24,239 nt of DNA, from positions 1-24,239 of the IMG/VR virus record IMGVR_UViG_3300020044_008468. One strand, given 5' to 3'. Positions 15,933 through 24,239 of the stretch are shown here, one piece after another. Origin of the DNA: a virus. Its lineage: Duplodnaviria; Caudoviricetes. Made by a program: the position numbers and the translations under genes. The notes beneath the pieces are model-generated. The model saw only the letters and a list, made by a program, of their open reading frames with translations, ran no database searches and had not been told where the DNA came from. How positions within the stretch are numbered: position 1 is the first letter of the stretch; each line of letters opens with the position of its first letter.

Positions 15933-16345
15933 TTACCCTCCCTCAAAAAAACGTCCCATCTCATCCCAAGATTTTACCGGCTTCGTCTGTTTTTTTTTCC
16001 TAAGCGGATGGACGACATCCGGCAAAAATGGCTTGGGATTCCGCTTTGAGTCTCGAACCGTATTGGCGATCGCCGACCAAATCAGCGAGGTTTGATCCCA
16101 ATCGTGCATTCGCTTTGCGTGAGCCATCCACAGAAGCTCGCGGAGCGTGAAGCTCCATGGCTCGACACCTACAATCCCCGCTAACTCGAAGCAAAGTTCG
16201 TAGAACCGGTCTCGATCATTTCGGTCATCGTCTGCTCTGTTATCCCATCGATCTTCTTCGCCGCTTGAGCCATCGCGATCGTCAACGCTTGCTCCGTCTT
16301 CTCCACAAGCCGGAGAAGAGGATCGCGACGGCTTGGAGGGAAAAA
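15933..16345 (-). CDS. Tail assembly chaperone gpT-like portion, probably expressed as a G-T fusion by -1 frameshift
   Basis: -1 frame relative to 16181-16636, open from the slippery site. ELAGIVGVEPWSFTLRELLWMA...HPL domain lacks a convincing own start. Confidence 0.7.
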
Positions 16346-16636
16346 ACCAAAGACGGCCCTCACGAGACATCGTCCGCCGGCCTCAAAGGATTCGCCGGCA
16401 AATCCTTTGGCGAATTGCCTTTGGTCGATGCCGCGAGCCTCCGCTTGCGATCGACAACAAACCCACAAGACATTCACGCATTCGATCGGATCGGCAATCA
16501 ACTCAAAAAGCTTTTTGATGTCTTCATCTACAAGCTTGGTGAGATGGATGTCGAGAGCTTCCTTCACGGCAGCGATCTCCTCGACGGTGATTGTCACCGT
16601 CCATTCGCGGCCGCTTGCGTCCACAAAACTCGGCAT
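16181..16636 (-). CDS. Tail assembly chaperone gpG-like
   Basis: Between tail tube and tape measure. GGAGG RBS. FVDASGREWTV...FFP. Confidence 0.8.
   Translation of the reverse strand: MPSFVDASGREWTVTITVEEIAAVKEALDIHLTKLVDEDIKKLFELIADPIECVNVLWVCCRSQAEARGIDQRQFAKGFAGESFEAGGRCLVRAVFGFFPPSRRDPLLRLVEKTEQALTIAMAQAAKKIDGITEQTMTEMIETGSTNFASS
16340..16346 (-). other. -1 programmed ribosomal frameshift slippery heptamer T TTT TTC
   Basis: GGT TTT TTC in the gpG frame (codons start 16348, 16345, 16342) fits X XXY YYZ. Confidence 0.6.
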
Positions 16637-16651
16637 ACCTCCTCCTTCAGA

Positions 16652-17116
16652 TTAAACCGTCGGCTTCTTGTACCATGCGCCATTGGCCGCAAGCGTCAAG
16701 GTGATGCTTGCCTTCTGGATGTCGGCAAGCGGCTCTTCCTTGGAGATCGCAACGAAAAAGTTCCCCACAAGACCTTGGTACGTTGTCGCGCTTTTCTTTT
16801 GGTCAAGAATGAACATCGCGATAGTGCTGTTGGCCGTCCAAGCCGCGACGATCGCGTCAAAAGCCGTGTCGCCGGGAATCCATTTTGCGTCAAACGTCAC
16901 CGAGGCATTCTTGTAGGTTTGGGCTTGCGTCTTGAAGCCGGCAGCGGCATCGGCTCGCGTCGTAATGTCGACATAATCGGCTCCCATATCTACGGAGACG
17001 TCCATGACATTGAGGAGCTCGGTTGCCGACGTAAGGACCGTTGCCGTGTTGGTCCCGTTGAGCTCCGTCGTCGAATAATAGATAGCGGCATCTTTTCCAA
17101 GAATGAAAGACGGCAT
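16652..17116 (-). CDS. Major tail (tube) protein
   Basis: 154 aa. LGKDA, VMDVSV...DITTR, EEPLADIQKASITL; synteny. No sheath gene present. Confidence 0.85.
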   Translation of the reverse strand: MPSFILGKDAAIYYSTTELNGTNTATVLTSATELLNVMDVSVDMGADYVDITTRADAAAGFKTQAQTYKNASVTFDAKWIPGDTAFDAIVAAWTANSTIAMFILDQKKSATTYQGLVGNFFVAISKEEPLADIQKASITLTLAANGAWYKKPTV

Positions 17117-17118
17117 AC

Positions 17119-17775
17119 TTAAGCTCCTTTAATTGCTTGCGATTCGCGGAGTTTGTTTTTGGCGATGAGGCCTCGCCATTTTTGCAATATCTTCGGCCAA
17201 TTTCTTGCCTTCGGTCCGTTGTATGGACGAGCCTCTATTTTAACGACTCGCCGACCAACTTCGATTCGCTCCGAATTCTTCCGCTTGTATTTGCTTATCG
17301 TCCCGTCTTTGTTCCAATAAGCGTAGAGCGTTTGATAGTACGCTCCGCCATCGTTCAGCACTTGCGGAATTGATGTCGATGCTTCAAACGACTTTCCGTT
17401 GAGCCTTCGCGGACCGACGATAAGCGAGCGTTTTTTTGCGTCATACGAGAACAAAATATTGTCCCGCAAAGCTCCGGTAATGTATCGCGGGGGCTCGCCG
17501 GGCTTGCTGGAGCGAATGCCTCGCTTCATGCGAAGCGATGCGCTTTTCGCCTTGCTCTTGCCGGGCTTCATCGAATTCTTGATTGCTTTGCGAGTGTAAA
17601 AACCAAGTCCGGCGAAGTCTTGCGCAGCTTTGATGCCGATTGCTTGGATCACTTTTTGTTGGTCGAAAAACATGCCGAAATTGTACCCGCGCTTGTCGCG
17701 CTTCAAGAGAAGCGGCTTGGGATCCACCCATTTCGTCACGTTGCCGGAGCTCAAGTTTGTGAAGCCGGCGAACAT
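17119..17775 (-). CDS. Tail completion / neck protein (HK97 gp10- or gpZ-like)
   Basis: Basic protein with SKPGEPP...TGALRDNI, IVGP, ARPY. ATG 17775. Confidence 0.75.
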   Translation of the reverse strand: MFAGFTNLSSGNVTKWVDPKPLLLKRDKRGYNFGMFFDQQKVIQAIGIKAAQDFAGLGFYTRKAIKNSMKPGKSKAKSASLRMKRGIRSSKPGEPPRYITGALRDNILFSYDAKKRSLIVGPRRLNGKSFEASTSIPQVLNDGGAYYQTLYAYWNKDGTISKYKRKNSERIEVGRRVVKIEARPYNGPKARNWPKILQKWRGLIAKNKLRESQAIKGA

Positions 17776-17778
17776 CAA

Positions 17779-18204
17779 CTAAGTTCCCATATAACGCAAC
17801 GACAAGACCGCGACAAATTGGCGATTGACGGACAATGCCTCGGCTTCGATTGTCGTTCGCGAGCCGCTCCCATAGTCGACAAGCCGGAACTCGCCCATAG
17901 GCTCGCGGACGATGTCGGCTTCGATTGTTTCGAGGAGATCCATCAAGGCATCTTGTTGATCGAGATCAAGTCCGGATGTCATCCGTTGCGACAAGACAAG
18001 CGAGACGTTGTAGATGCGCTGAATCGAGTCGCGAGTAATAACGCTTGTCTCGATCTCTTGCGGAACAACCACAAGTCGAACATCCGAATTAGTCTCAAGC
18101 GCGTTTGTCCAGACGTTTGCTCGCTCGCAAATATAGGCGATCGCGTATTCACGCTCCGAGAGCCAACTAACAAGCGTTTCGCAAAGATCCGACACCTTAG
18201 ACAT
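17779..18204 (-). CDS. Tail terminator-like protein
   Basis: Acidic 141 aa, GAGG RBS, synteny in the neck module. Confidence 0.6.
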   Translation of the reverse strand: MSKVSDLCETLVSWLSEREYAIAYICERANVWTNALETNSDVRLVVVPQEIETSVITRDSIQRIYNVSLVLSQRMTSGLDLDQQDALMDLLETIEADIVREPMGEFRLVDYGSGSRTTIEAEALSVNRQFVAVLSLRYMGT

Positions 18205-18559
18205 CGGACACCTCGCGAGTATGGATGCGCCAATAGAGATCCGTCATTCCGATTTGCTCGTAGTGCTGGCCTCCCGTCATGCTCATTACCTCGTAAACCG
18301 TCGCTCCGTCAACAATGCGATCTCCGACTTGGGGGATCGCCGGTTGATTGTCCAGCACGAGATCGGCCGCTTTAACGATCCAATCGGCGGCTTTCGCGGT
18401 CCGGATCACGCCGTCGCCGAGATCGAGCTCGGCAACGGTTTGAGCCGGGACCGCGACAAGCGAGCACTCGCGGCGAAGAGAGCGATAGGCAACGATCTTG
18501 CCTCCGTTCGTTCGCTGCGCATACCATAGGGTTTGCAATGCTCGCTCGCGGATCGTCAT
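18197..18559 (-). CDS. Head-tail joining protein (gpFII-like)
   Basis: DWIVKAADL, PQVGDRI, YEV, WRIHT; follows the capsid gene. Confidence 0.75.
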   Translation of the reverse strand: MTIRERALQTLWYAQRTNGGKIVAYRSLRRECSLVAVPAQTVAELDLGDGVIRTAKAADWIVKAADLVLDNQPAIPQVGDRIVDGATVYEVMSMTGGQHYEQIGMTDLYWRIHTREVSDV

Positions 18560-18570
18560 TGGAGCCTCAA

Positions 18571-19497
18571 CTAAGTCGCGGCGACGAGCGTCTCGGAATT
18601 GCCGATTGCATCGGTGACCACAATCGGAATTCCCTCCACTTCAACGGGAACCGGAGCCGGAGCTCCGGTTGCATTTGTGGCGGTCCTACTTTTGCGAAGT
18701 TGAGCAAGCGATCGGCGATTCATGATGATATGAGTCGGACCCATGCCGGCCTCGAAAGTCGAGATCGCATCGTACAAGAGCGAATCGGTCAAACCCTTGG
18801 TCGTCGCATCCAGATTGCAAATCCGAGCGAGCGACTTGACGTCGCTGCCGATCTGGAGTCCGTACCATCCGGAGATCGGAGTAAAGTAGATCGGCATGTG
18901 GCCGGTCGTCGCTCCACTCGCGCGCTGAATGATCGTTTCGCCGATCTCCAGCAATCCATTGTTCGTCACAAGCGAGACGTCGCTCAAGCCATTGCGAATC
19001 AAATAGACGCTCGAGAGAGCCGTCGTTCCGGTTGCATTGATGCACTTGCCGGTGACATTCTTCGCATTCGCAAAGCCGGTGAAGCCGGTTGCGACTCCGT
19101 TATTCAGCGTGCCGTTAATAACTTGCGTCTCAAGCTTGAAGTAAGCCGCCTTGAGATGCTCGAGAGCTTCCATGCGGAGGATTGCCTCGGCTCCGGCATA
19201 GTATGAATCGGCCTCGTCCTTGCCGAAGCTAAAGCTTGCATCAAGGATCTTGAGATCGAGCGTTACCGAGGTGCGCACGGTTGCGTCATGAGCTCGGCCA
19301 TCGTTAAAAGCACGGAAGCCGACGTCCGGCGATTCGGTCGTCTTGTAGTACTTATGAACCGTTCCATTCGAGCTTCGAGTTGCGCTCATAATTCGCACGA
19401 GCGGCGAATTGATGAACAAGTCGGAGACTTCGATATCGGCCATGTTGCGATCGTTCACGATCGCCATATCAGCAAGCGTCATCAAGGTATCGGGCAT
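18571..19497 (-). CDS. Major capsid protein (HK97 fold)
   Basis: 308 aa after protease/scaffold. FRAFNDG, INGT...GFTGF, LARICNLD, IIMNRRS, EGIPIVVTDAI..SET. Confidence 0.9.
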   Translation of the reverse strand: MPDTLMTLADMAIVNDRNMADIEVSDLFINSPLVRIMSATRSSNGTVHKYYKTTESPDVGFRAFNDGRAHDATVRTSVTLDLKILDASFSFGKDEADSYYAGAEAILRMEALEHLKAAYFKLETQVINGTLNNGVATGFTGFANAKNVTGKCINATGTTALSSVYLIRNGLSDVSLVTNNGLLEIGETIIQRASGATTGHMPIYFTPISGWYGLQIGSDVKSLARICNLDATTKGLTDSLLYDAISTFEAGMGPTHIIMNRRSLAQLRKSRTATNATGAPAPVPVEVEGIPIVVTDAIGNSETLVAAT

Positions 19498-19503
19498 GAA
19501 TGC

Positions 19504-20514
19504 TTATCCTTCGTAATTACGGCCGGCGATGCGAATCATCCGAGCCTTTGGTTTTGGAGTAACATGTTGCGAGAACGCGACCGGCTCCGCCTCGCCTTCG
19601 ACGCGAATCGAGCTTAAGCGTTGCCGGAGCTCTTCGTTTTCGGCTTTCAAGGAATCGACATAGAGATTCATCGCTTCGGAGAATGTCTTTCCTTGCGCGA
19701 ACCAGACTCCACCAACATCACCGAAGGCCTCGAGGAAGCGAAGACCTTCGGAGAGTTGCGAAGAGCTTGGGGGAGCGGACGCCGCTTCAACGCTTGAAGA
19801 CGACTCATCTTCCGGATTGGAAGCGTCGTCGCCTTCTGGCTCGGCGGTCATATCGGGATCGGGCTCGGGCGAGGGATCGACGATTGCAACAATCTCCTCC
19901 TCGAGAGCCTCGGCTAGTTCGGTTTTAATCGCATTGCTTGGCATATCGGATTCCTTATATTCGACGTCGAAAGTCGTACCCGATGCAAATTCCGTCGAGG
20001 TGTTTGAATCGGCTCCATACGGACAAATCGCGATCCCCCGGAGCGGCCATTCGCGGATCACAACGCCCGGACCGGCAAACTCATATCCATTTACGCTCAC
20101 GGCTTCGCCGGCGCGGACCTCTTCGATTTTGATGCCGTCGCCGCCGAAGTTGATCGAGGCCTCGTACGGGATCCCCTCGCGTTGCTTGTGAATGATCTCG
20201 GATGCTCGATCGGAGTCTTTGTACGGAACCAACGCTCCGGTAACAACGAGATCTCCGGATTCGGACTCGAATTGATTTGCGTAGCCGATCACCTCTTTCG
20301 GATCGTGAGCGTAGTCGATCGCGACTCGGTTTTTCGAGAGCTTCATTCCCGACAAATCGTGGACAACGGATCCCCAATACCAATGCTCGATCGGCTTTCC
20401 CGATCTCGCCGTCATGCGGAACGGAGCGGACTTGGCCGATTCGCCGTTTTCGCGAAGCTCGAATTGGCCGACGGAAAAGCGGAGCGCAGCGGCCGGGACT
20501 TGCTTTTGTGTCAT
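19504..20514 (-). CDS. Prohead maturation protease / scaffold
   Basis: ATG 20514 overlaps the portal TGA. IDYAHD (His), PYEASI (Ser), ICPYGAD; acidic linker and coiled-coil C-terminus. Confidence 0.85.
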   Translation of the reverse strand: MTQKQVPAAALRFSVGQFELRENGESAKSAPFRMTARSGKPIEHWYWGSVVHDLSGMKLSKNRVAIDYAHDPKEVIGYANQFESESGDLVVTGALVPYKDSDRASEIIHKQREGIPYEASINFGGDGIKIEEVRAGEAVSVNGYEFAGPGVVIREWPLRGIAICPYGADSNTSTEFASGTTFDVEYKESDMPSNAIKTELAEALEEEIVAIVDPSPEPDPDMTAEPEGDDASNPEDESSSSVEAASAPPSSSQLSEGLRFLEAFGDVGGVWFAQGKTFSEAMNLYVDSLKAENEELRQRLSSIRVEGEAEPVAFSQHVTPKPKARMIRIAGRNYEG

Positions 20515-21977
20515 GATGCCTCCAATTCGCGAGCGTCTTCGGATTCGTCTTCGGCCGATCCTTCGCTCTCGCTTTGCATAGCAGATTGCGCGGTCGAGAC
20601 TCCCGGCAAGATGATAGAGACGCCGCGATTCTTTGCGTAAGTGTTGGCCTTCGCGATCTCGTCTACGTTGTCGTAAAAATCGGTCCCGATCGCTCGGCAT
20701 ACTCGTTGCGGCGTATCGAGGCCGGCGGCGATCGCCGCAGCATGTCCCGAAACTTCCTTTGCCGGATCCCACCAAGGCACTCCATCGGGAACCCACTCCC
20801 ATGAGAGATCACGATAATTCACTCCTCGCGGGAGGATGAGATCTCCATCGGCGATCGCCATTCCAAGTCGCCAAGACGTTACCTCGTCGAGGAGTTCGCT
20901 CAAGTCTTGTTGCTTTGAGCGACATGCCTTGAGGTACTGGATCATCGAGCCGCGCGAGCCATAGAAGTTCGTGAAAGACTCATCGAAAAACGAGTATGGC
21001 AAATCCAAGGACTTCAACGCGACATGAATGATCAACTTCAGGAATGTGACCGTTTCGGTCGCCGGCGATCGGCTTTCGAGGAACTCCGCGCGATCGCCGG
21101 GATTCAAATCGAGCATTTGCGGGCCGCCGGAGAAGTTAACTTCATATCCGGTATCCGCGAAGCCGTCTCCGTTTGAATCGAGAGTCGGCTTGACGCCGTC
21201 GAAGGCATCGGTTGCCTCGCGATAAAAAACAAGCCCGAATAACTGGCTTACTTTGATTTTTGCAAGAGCGTAATCAATCCCCTCGTAAACATCTTGGAGC
21301 GAATTCAAAGCCGAGGCGATTGGCGAGATCCCTCGGACTTGGTCGAACCGATCGTAAAAGCCATGGGAAAAGATCGACTCCTCGGGAACAATCCGGCCGA
21401 ACGATAGTTGGCCGTTTGAATCGCGATTGCAAATGCAATACTCTTTTGCGATCCCCGAGCCGGTGAGCCGGATGCCGTTTGTCCAATTGCTCGCATCGAT
21501 CCCCGAGGGAAAATCGGTAGGAGTCGCGATCCGATCTCCCTCGATCGCTTGGAGCTTGCCTCGCGAATTTCCATCGCCGGAGAGCTTGAGAAAAAAAACG
21601 TCTCCATCAACGACGCGACGAGCTTCGGCAAGTCGGATCATGCGACGAAACGGATGCTGCTTTCGGACGTCGCATTGATATTTGGAGCTCCAGCGCAGCA
21701 TGAATGCTTCGACGGCCGTGTCGACTTCGTCATCGCCGGTTCGCGATTGAAACGCGAAGGACGAGACATAGTTGAGGTGCATTCGGATCGCCCAAGCCGC
21801 AATGGCAAAGTTTCGCTGGACGTCTTGAGCCGTCGCCGCGAGAGCTCGCCGATCTCGATCCTTGAGGACGGCATCTTCGCTTTTTACGCGAGTACTCGTC
21901 CCCTTGCGGCGTCCGCGAGGATTAAGAGCATCATATCCAGAGAGCGACTGGAAGAAATTGCGCGCGGCTTGGATCAA
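20511..21977 (-). CDS. Portal protein, lambda family
   Basis: RNFAIA, VDGDVF, LQAIEGDRI, DQVRGISP, NFYGSRG, PWWDPAKEV. Confidence 0.95.
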   Translation of the reverse strand: MIQAARNFFQSLSGYDALNPRGRRKGTSTRVKSEDAVLKDRDRRALAATAQDVQRNFAIAAWAIRMHLNYVSSFAFQSRTGDDEVDTAVEAFMLRWSSKYQCDVRKQHPFRRMIRLAEARRVVDGDVFFLKLSGDGNSRGKLQAIEGDRIATPTDFPSGIDASNWTNGIRLTGSGIAKEYCICNRDSNGQLSFGRIVPEESIFSHGFYDRFDQVRGISPIASALNSLQDVYEGIDYALAKIKVSQLFGLVFYREATDAFDGVKPTLDSNGDGFADTGYEVNFSGGPQMLDLNPGDRAEFLESRSPATETVTFLKLIIHVALKSLDLPYSFFDESFTNFYGSRGSMIQYLKACRSKQQDLSELLDEVTSWRLGMAIADGDLILPRGVNYRDLSWEWVPDGVPWWDPAKEVSGHAAAIAAGLDTPQRVCRAIGTDFYDNVDEIAKANTYAKNRGVSIILPGVSTAQSAMQSESEGSAEDESEDARELEAS

Positions 21978-22180
21978 TTAAACGGCATCCTGATTCGCAC
22001 GAGCCTCGGTCGAGTCGTCCCCGCATTGATGGACGCTTGATCTTGCGACTTGAGTTCCGCTATGCGCTTCCGCACGGATTCCAAATCGTAAGACGTTGAA
22101 AGCCCATCCGTCGATACGGAGGATGCTCCAGAATTGAGAATGGCTTCGAGAGCCGCAATTTCAATCGAATAATCGGCCAT
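21974..22180 (-). CDS. Head completion protein (gpW-like)
   Basis: 68 aa. GASSVSTDGLSTSYDLESVRKRIAEL; directly before the portal. Confidence 0.75.
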   Translation of the reverse strand: MADYSIEIAALEAILNSGASSVSTDGLSTSYDLESVRKRIAELKSQDQASINAGTTRPRLVRIRMPFN

Positions 22181-22186
22181 GCTCAA

Positions 22187-22256
22187 AGAATGCCGTTTCG
22201 CCGCGATAGAGTCTATAGCAAGAATCCAGCATCCGGATTTATTCTCGGATCTTGCT
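22187..22256 (-). promoter_or_regulatory. Putative late promoter (leaderless) with upstream dyad
   Basis: Minus strand: TAGACT (22215-10), N17, CATTCT (22192-87), N6, ATG 22180 with no SD. Dyad AGCAAGAATCC 22217-27 / GGATCTTGCT 22247-56. Confidence 0.45.
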
Positions 22257-22271
22257 TGCGGCTTCCGAAGC

Positions 22272-22595
22272 TCAAACGTATTGCCGCTTTTTCACGCGAA
22301 TGAATTGGCCGCATTCGCATTGTCGGTTTTGCCAAATCACGCGATTGTAGACGAAGCCGTCCTCGGCAACATGCTCGTAATTGAGAGTCGCCGGCCGGTA
22401 TGGGCTTTCGAGCACTTTGGTCACGGTGCGCTTGCAAGCGGGACATTGCAAATCATTCACCACAACAAGCTCATACGGTCGCTTTTTAGAGCCGGGAGGT
22501 CTTCCCGGTCCGCGCTTCGCCGGCGGATCGCTAGATAGAGAGCTTCCGGACTCGGTTTGCCGGTCGTTCTGATTGTCGCTCGTTTGTTCGCTCAT
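22272..22595 (-). CDS. AT-hook + C4 zinc-ribbon protein (Ogr/Delta-like regulator candidate)
   Basis: KRGPGRPPGSKK, CPAC...CECG; GAGGAG RBS. Confidence 0.7.
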   Translation of the reverse strand: MSEQTSDNQNDRQTESGSSLSSDPPAKRGPGRPPGSKKRPYELVVVNDLQCPACKRTVTKVLESPYRPATLNYEHVAEDGFVYNRVIWQNRQCECGQFIRVKKRQYV

Positions 22596-24239
22596 TTTGC
22601 GTTGCTCCTCGCGTTATGCCGCTCATCGCGGCCGAAACCAGGGCTCCTACGAGGCAATCCCAATAGTGATTGTCGGGAGAGAAGGACGGGAGATCCCACT
22701 CGTCTACGATGCGACCGCGAGCCTCTACGCGAACCGCTCGCTCGGCGGCTAAATGCTCCGCAAGCATTTGGTGATGGCTTTGCTGCTCGCGATAAAGAAC
22801 GATCGATGATTGATGTCCGATAGGAGTAAGCAAGGCCTCGTGAACTTGCGACTTCCAATAATTCGTGTCGTAAAAACACGATGGGTAGAGCCGGCGATCC
22901 GGCTTTTGCACAACAAAGTAATGTCCTCGCCGGACTCCGCGCTTCTTTATCCATTTGTCGATTGGAGCGTCTTTCGCTCGAATGCCGACGCCGTAGGACG
23001 GCATCCAATTCGGAGCCATCGACGCGCGTATGCCGGCCTCGACGCAATCGGTTTGATATCTAGCATCCACCATGCCTCGATCTATTCGCATGGTCGCGCC
23101 GTCCAATCGAGGGAACGATCGCTCCGCGAGCGATCGAATGCAATCGGCAATCGCTTGCTTGAGTGCCGATGTCGCATCGAAGGCCGGATAGGATTCGGTG
23201 AGCTCTCGCTTGATGTCGGTGAGCTTGAAAAACCGCCGGTTTTGTTGCGGCCAAACTCCATAATCGACGACTTGGCCGGCTCCAGATTGCGTCCAAGCGA
23301 CAACAAGCCAATAGAGGATCCTCGATTGCACGTCGATATGCGCGGTGAGGATTGTCGCTTCGGGAGGGACTTGTCCGCGCCGGACATCGGACATCCGGCG
23401 AGCAAGATCAAGCGCATTGAGCTCCGGGAGATCGCTCGTGATGTTCGCATCGGGAGTGTTTTGTTTTTCGGCCATGAACGAGCGAGGATCCGAATAATAA
23501 TCGTCCATCGCCGATTGAATCGCCGAAAGCCGTCCCGGCAGCATTCGAGCCGGCCAATAGACGGTCGCTCCCTCGTCCATTTCGGCGCGATACTGCTCGT
23601 AAAAGCAATTGGCCGCTCCCGTCGGCTTTTCGCCGAGGAGCTCCTCCCGTCTCACGCCGTCATACTCTTCCCATCGAGCGAGATTTTTGGGCCAAGCTTT
23701 GATCATTTGAACTTTAATCGCATGCCAAGTCGGATTACGCTCGCGATCAAGCAAGCGATCGGCAAGATCTCCGCGATAGATTACGGTGCAAGCGCAAAGA
23801 GCCGCGATCGATTTGCCGGGACCGGCCATTCCCATCACGTCGCCGTTGAGGATGTCTTCTCGCTCTTGGTTTTGAACCGTGCTCTTTGCCGAGCGGCGAG
23901 TTTGTGGATCGTCGATCAAGACGGCATCCGGCCGGATTTGCGTCCCGTCCGGAAGCGTCATGACACCTCCACGAACGGCCGCTCCCGTAAGTCCTCCTCC
24001 GCCGATCACGGCTCCGGCATTGCCTCGCTCGATCGATTCGGCGAGCGTCGCGAAGACGAGATTTGTGGTCCCCCAATTGATATAAGTCGGCTCGCGCCGG
24101 ACGGTTTGAAAGCGAGCCCGAATTGCTACTCGCTCGAGAGCTCGGATCGGATGGATCACCTCCGGAAAGTCCTCGAAAAAGAACGCGTTGTTTTCGAGGA
24201 CCGTTTTGATGCCTCGGACCAAGGCCTTAAATTTCTCGT
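22531..24239 (-). CDS. Terminase large subunit (GpA-type nuclease C-terminus), 5'-truncated by the window edge
   Basis: Walker B region RPDAVLIDDPQT, CTVI coupling motif, EKQN, AHIDVQ, MVDARY, DNHYWDC nuclease motifs. Confidence 0.93.
   Translation of the reverse strand, partial: EKFKALVRGIKTVLENNAFFFEDFPEVIHPIRALERVAIRARFQTVRREPTYINWGTTNLVFATLAESIERGNAGAVIGGGGLTGAAVRGGVMTLPDGTQIRPDAVLIDDPQTRRSAKSTVQNQEREDILNGDVMGMAGPGKSIAALCACTVIYRGDLADRLLDRERNPTWHAIKVQMIKAWPKNLARWEEYDGVRREELLGEKPTGAANCFYEQYRAEMDEGATVYWPARMLPGRLSAIQSAMDDYYSDPRSFMAEKQNTPDANITSDLPELNALDLARRMSDVRRGQVPPEATILTAHIDVQSRILYWLVVAWTQSGAGQVVDYGVWPQQNRRFFKLTDIKRELTESYPAFDATSALKQAIADCIRSLAERSFPRLDGATMRIDRGMVDARYQTDCVEAGIRASMAPNWMPSYGVGIRAKDAPIDKWIKKRGVRRGHYFVVQKPDRRLYPSCFYDTNYWKSQVHEALLTPIGHQSSIVLYREQQSHHQMLAEHLAAERAVRVEARGRIVDEWDLPSFSPDNHYWDCLVGALVSAAMSGITRGATQNERTNERQSERPANRVRKLSI

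Noticed and set aside
16157-17122. 321-aa plus-strand ORF
   Set aside because: Antisense to the clearly identified tail tube and chaperone genes.
19504-20802. Extended ORF-track starts (20802; likewise 11000, 12553, 9492, 10037, 8569, 4011, 83)
   Set aside because: They overlap upstream genes; downstream ATGs with an RBS or ATGA coupling fit better.
3502-24239. Stop-codon reassignment, contractile tail or gene transfer agent
   Set aside because: TAA, TAG and TGA all end full-length genes; no sheath or baseplate wedge genes; phage-like accessory array adjacent. Prophage versus free phage cannot be decided from this window.

Overview
Part of a tailed-phage (siphovirus-type) genome or prophage. 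Protein styles and strong CGATCG enrichment suggest a Planctomycete host (inference). Bases 3502-24239 form one tightly packed minus-strand late operon with many ATGA overlaps: terminase large subunit (5'-truncated), AT-hook/Zn-ribbon protein, gpW-like, lambda-type portal, prohead protease/scaffold, major capsid, head-tail connectors, tail tube, G/GT tail chaperones with a -1 slippery site, short tape measure, distal tail proteins, beta-helix tailspike, an atypical lysis-position cassette (holin-like, exported Pro-rich protein, papain-like C1 protease, small Cys-rich exported peptide), then LamG, repeat and other virion-like genes. Bases 1-3505 are a convergent plus-strand array of small ORFs punctuated by structured non-coding elements: a complete type II hammerhead ribozyme with pseudoknot (1370-1432), two homologous UUCG hairpins with compensatory changes, a duplicated translation-initiation leader and a sigma70-like promoter. 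No integrase, att site, tRNA, CRISPR array or reverse transcriptase is visible. All product calls are from motif recognition and synteny, not database searches.
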